From Spongospora subterranea f. sp. subterranea (taxonomy: Eukaryota): a stretch of DNA of 64,000 nt. The notes below the pieces were generated by a model, which saw only the letters and a list, made by a program, of their open reading frames with translations, searched no databases and was not told the origin of the DNA. The position numbers and the translations under genes were made by a program. Positions within the stretch are counted from its first letter, which is position 1, and each line of letters opens with the position of its first letter. The stretch covers positions 1 to 64,000 of the forward strand of contig JAUGWO010000015.1 of the NCBI GenBank assembly GCA_049724395.1, read 5' to 3'. Positions 61,677-64,000 of this stretch are shown here, piece after piece.

Positions 61677-63071
61677 ATGGCCTATTCCAACGCCATCAGC
61701 CGTCGCTATAAGCTGATGAAAATCACGGGCGTCGTCGGTGTGGCGTCGATACTGTGTTTCGTCCTGCTTTTCCAGGTTCCTCGATCTCGTCCTGCACCGC
61801 TTCAGATTGATAACAATTGTTTGCTGTTGTAGAATTGGGGCCCAACACCGTCCGAGGAGGTTCTACCTATTGAAGACCTGAAGAGCGATCCTGACGCAGC
61901 GTCGGAGAATGTCAGATGGCCATCGCCTGCGATTTTATCAAACGTGGCCATCGCCAATCGCATCGTTGTGGCCGCCGTTAATTGCGGGTTGTTCTGATAT
62001 CGTCTCTGATCGAACGAGACCTGATCCGTCTCCCGAGCAGGTACCTTGATTTCGTGGAGAACTGGCTGGCGTCGCTGCAGCTATTGGGAATCACCAACTA
62101 CGTCCTGATCGCCCTGGACCAATACGCGTTAGGCAACGGGCGCTATATCGCCCATGATTGACTGAATTGTCTGAAAACTGGCTCTTGTAATAGTTACGAT
62201 GTCTTAGCCCAAGCGTATCCCGACAATACGGTCAAATACCCAATGATCCAAACGGAACCGGGCCAGTCGTCCATGGCCAATCCCGACCCCAACGCTCGCA
62301 ACTACGGCTCAGAGGAATTCGGGAACGTCGTCCGATCGCGCCCTCTATTGCTATTACCATTTCTTCAACAAGGTTGGTCAAACACATATCGTGCGAATAA
62401 CGACCGAACTCAATATACCTTTAGGATATACAATATTCTATTCCGATATCGACACAGTTTGGATGAAAAACCCATTTGACGAGATTCGTCAAGGCGAATT
62501 CGACGTTCAGGTAAATGTCTTTTCAGGTTAATCGCACACGAATTGCGATCAACGATGGGGATCGTTTTTCAGGGCGCGTCGGATTCTCATCCGGAATCGC
62601 CCGACGACGCCATCGGCGACGACAACATCTGCACCGGAATGCTCTACCTGGAGGGGACGTATCCGACGATCCGCCTGTTGGAAATGTGGCACCACATATT
62701 TGGTGGACAAACACGCCGACGTCAATCAGGCCAGCTTCAGCGAGGCGCTTCATCAGATCAACAGGGCGGCCAAAAACAATCACGATGTGAAGATCAGGTT
62801 CAGAATTTGGGATTCGCGATCACTTTCGACCACGTTTGATTGTTGCGTTTTCAGGTACAACATCGCTGAACGCGATGCGTTCCCTCCTGGCTATATGTAC
62901 TTCAAGAACGATGACCGATGGCGCAACAAGGATTCGTATGTGCCCAAAAGGGAGCCCGTTATGGTTCACGCCAACTGGGTCGTCGGCAAGAAAGCTAAGC
63001 GTCAAATGCTGAAGGACTTTGACCTTTGGCAACCGACAGGGAAGTTGCTGCCCTGCGTCTCTGACAAATAA
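61677..63071 (+). CDS. Nucleotide-diphospho-sugar transferase (GT77-like), type II membrane protein, multi-exon, apparent 1-nt insertion at ~62700
   Basis: N-terminal TM; VNCG/YLDFVENW; VLIALD; YGSEEF..VVRSRP; ILYSDIDTVWMKNPF (DxD); ICTG; NQASF; VHANWVVGKKAK. Confidence 0.9.
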
Positions 63072-63823
63072 ATACATCGTGCACTGGCCGTGATTATCTA
63101 TCATATATCTAGTATTGCTGATTTGAACCGATGGCCCTATGGTCGCCCTTGCAGATGATCATCATTCGCAACTGCAATGATCGTTTGAATAATCAGTTGA
63201 GTCCGTATAGACGGGAGAAAAAATCCGGTGTATTACAGTTTTGTTATTGTCCTTGACATTGCAACGGCATCACTCTCTCGTACATCCAATAATAGGGCGC
63301 TAATAATATATCATTATTGTACAGAACTATGTCCGTGGCGGACGCCGTAGTCAACCAATCATCTGCATGGTCGCCAGATGTTCGTGGGGCAATTGTGATT
63401 ATCCTTCAGCGATTACTCACCAAGGTCGCTCATCGTGATGGGAGGTTAGCGTTTTGGCCTCGTCGCCACGCGCCCCCAGGATGGTGTACCTGACTGAAAC
63501 AAACCTCGTCCCCAGAGGCTGCTCGCCCTGGGACACTGCCTTGATTCGTCGTCAGGTTTGATGTTCAAATAGATGGCTGGGTTTCCCTTTGCATCGTCCA
63601 TATCCAGGTATGGATTTCATTGGCCTTATGTATCGCATATGATTTAGTTTAAAGTTTGAGATCTAGCTTTAATTGCTAGATATCTGTGTTCGCTGATGCA
63701 GTATTCGACAGAATTTACTTTAACATTGATGATTGCTCAACTTCTGAATTGCTATATTGATACAGGTCTTCAATCTAAACGTGAAACGTCAGTCCTCTTG
63801 CATATTGTGGGTGATAAATAAAT

Positions 63824-64000
63824 CTATTGGTGTGATTCGATTAAAGGCAACAATTTTTGTTTGGCATGGAGTTCATGGACGTCATCAGAGCCGCCGACGC
63901 TTTCACCATAGATGAAGACATTCGGGACTGTTCTACGTCCAGTTATCCTCTGCAGTTCTCTTTGTACATTTGCCCCATCTTCAATTTTATCTAGCTCAAC
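63824..64000 (-). CDS. Glutaredoxin, 3' end (partial)
   Basis: VELDKIEDGANVQRELQRITGRRTVPNVFIYGESVGGSDDVHELH...*, with TVP and GG motifs. Confidence 0.93.
   Translation of the reverse strand, partial: VELDKIEDGANVQRELQRITGRRTVPNVFIYGESVGGSDDVHELHAKQKLLPLIESHQ

Overview
Gene-dense eukaryotic nuclear DNA with many short (~45-60 nt) GT-AG introns and no prokaryotic features. The intron size, compactness and flagellar-type genes suggest a zoosporic protist, possibly a plasmodiophorid (inference only). Recognisable host genes: dipeptidyl-peptidase III (partial), a TPR protein, SUMO, a CAMK-like kinase, a CatSper-tau (C2CD6/ALS2CR11)-like C2 protein, an LRR-transmembrane protein, RPS7, histone H2B, a PI3K-gamma regulatory subunit (p101/p84)-like protein, a SHIPPO/PG-rich protein, CRIPT, a RING-H2 protein, SNAPC3, a ZIP transporter, an ABCC transporter, a GT77 glycosyltransferase and a glutaredoxin (partial). 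DPP3, CRIPT and the glutaredoxin are mostly or entirely missed by the ORF track. Between genes lie transposon-rich blocks: nested Ty1/copia remnants; an intact Tc1/mariner-type element with 26-bp TIRs, TA duplication and a DD116E triad; an intron-containing IS630-like pseudogene; and a DD39D-type mariner remnant. Most notable: (i) five unrelated, diverged local inverted duplications, all in TE-derived or intergenic DNA, one of which preserves the empty insertion site of the intact transposon; (ii) p101-like and CatSper-tau-like genes in an apparently non-animal genome; (iii) an LTR-like unit 16 bp upstream of the DPP3 start codon; (iv) single frameshifts in three otherwise conserved genes, probably assembly errors. 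All homology calls are by-eye motif recognition, not database searches, and multi-exon boundaries are approximate.
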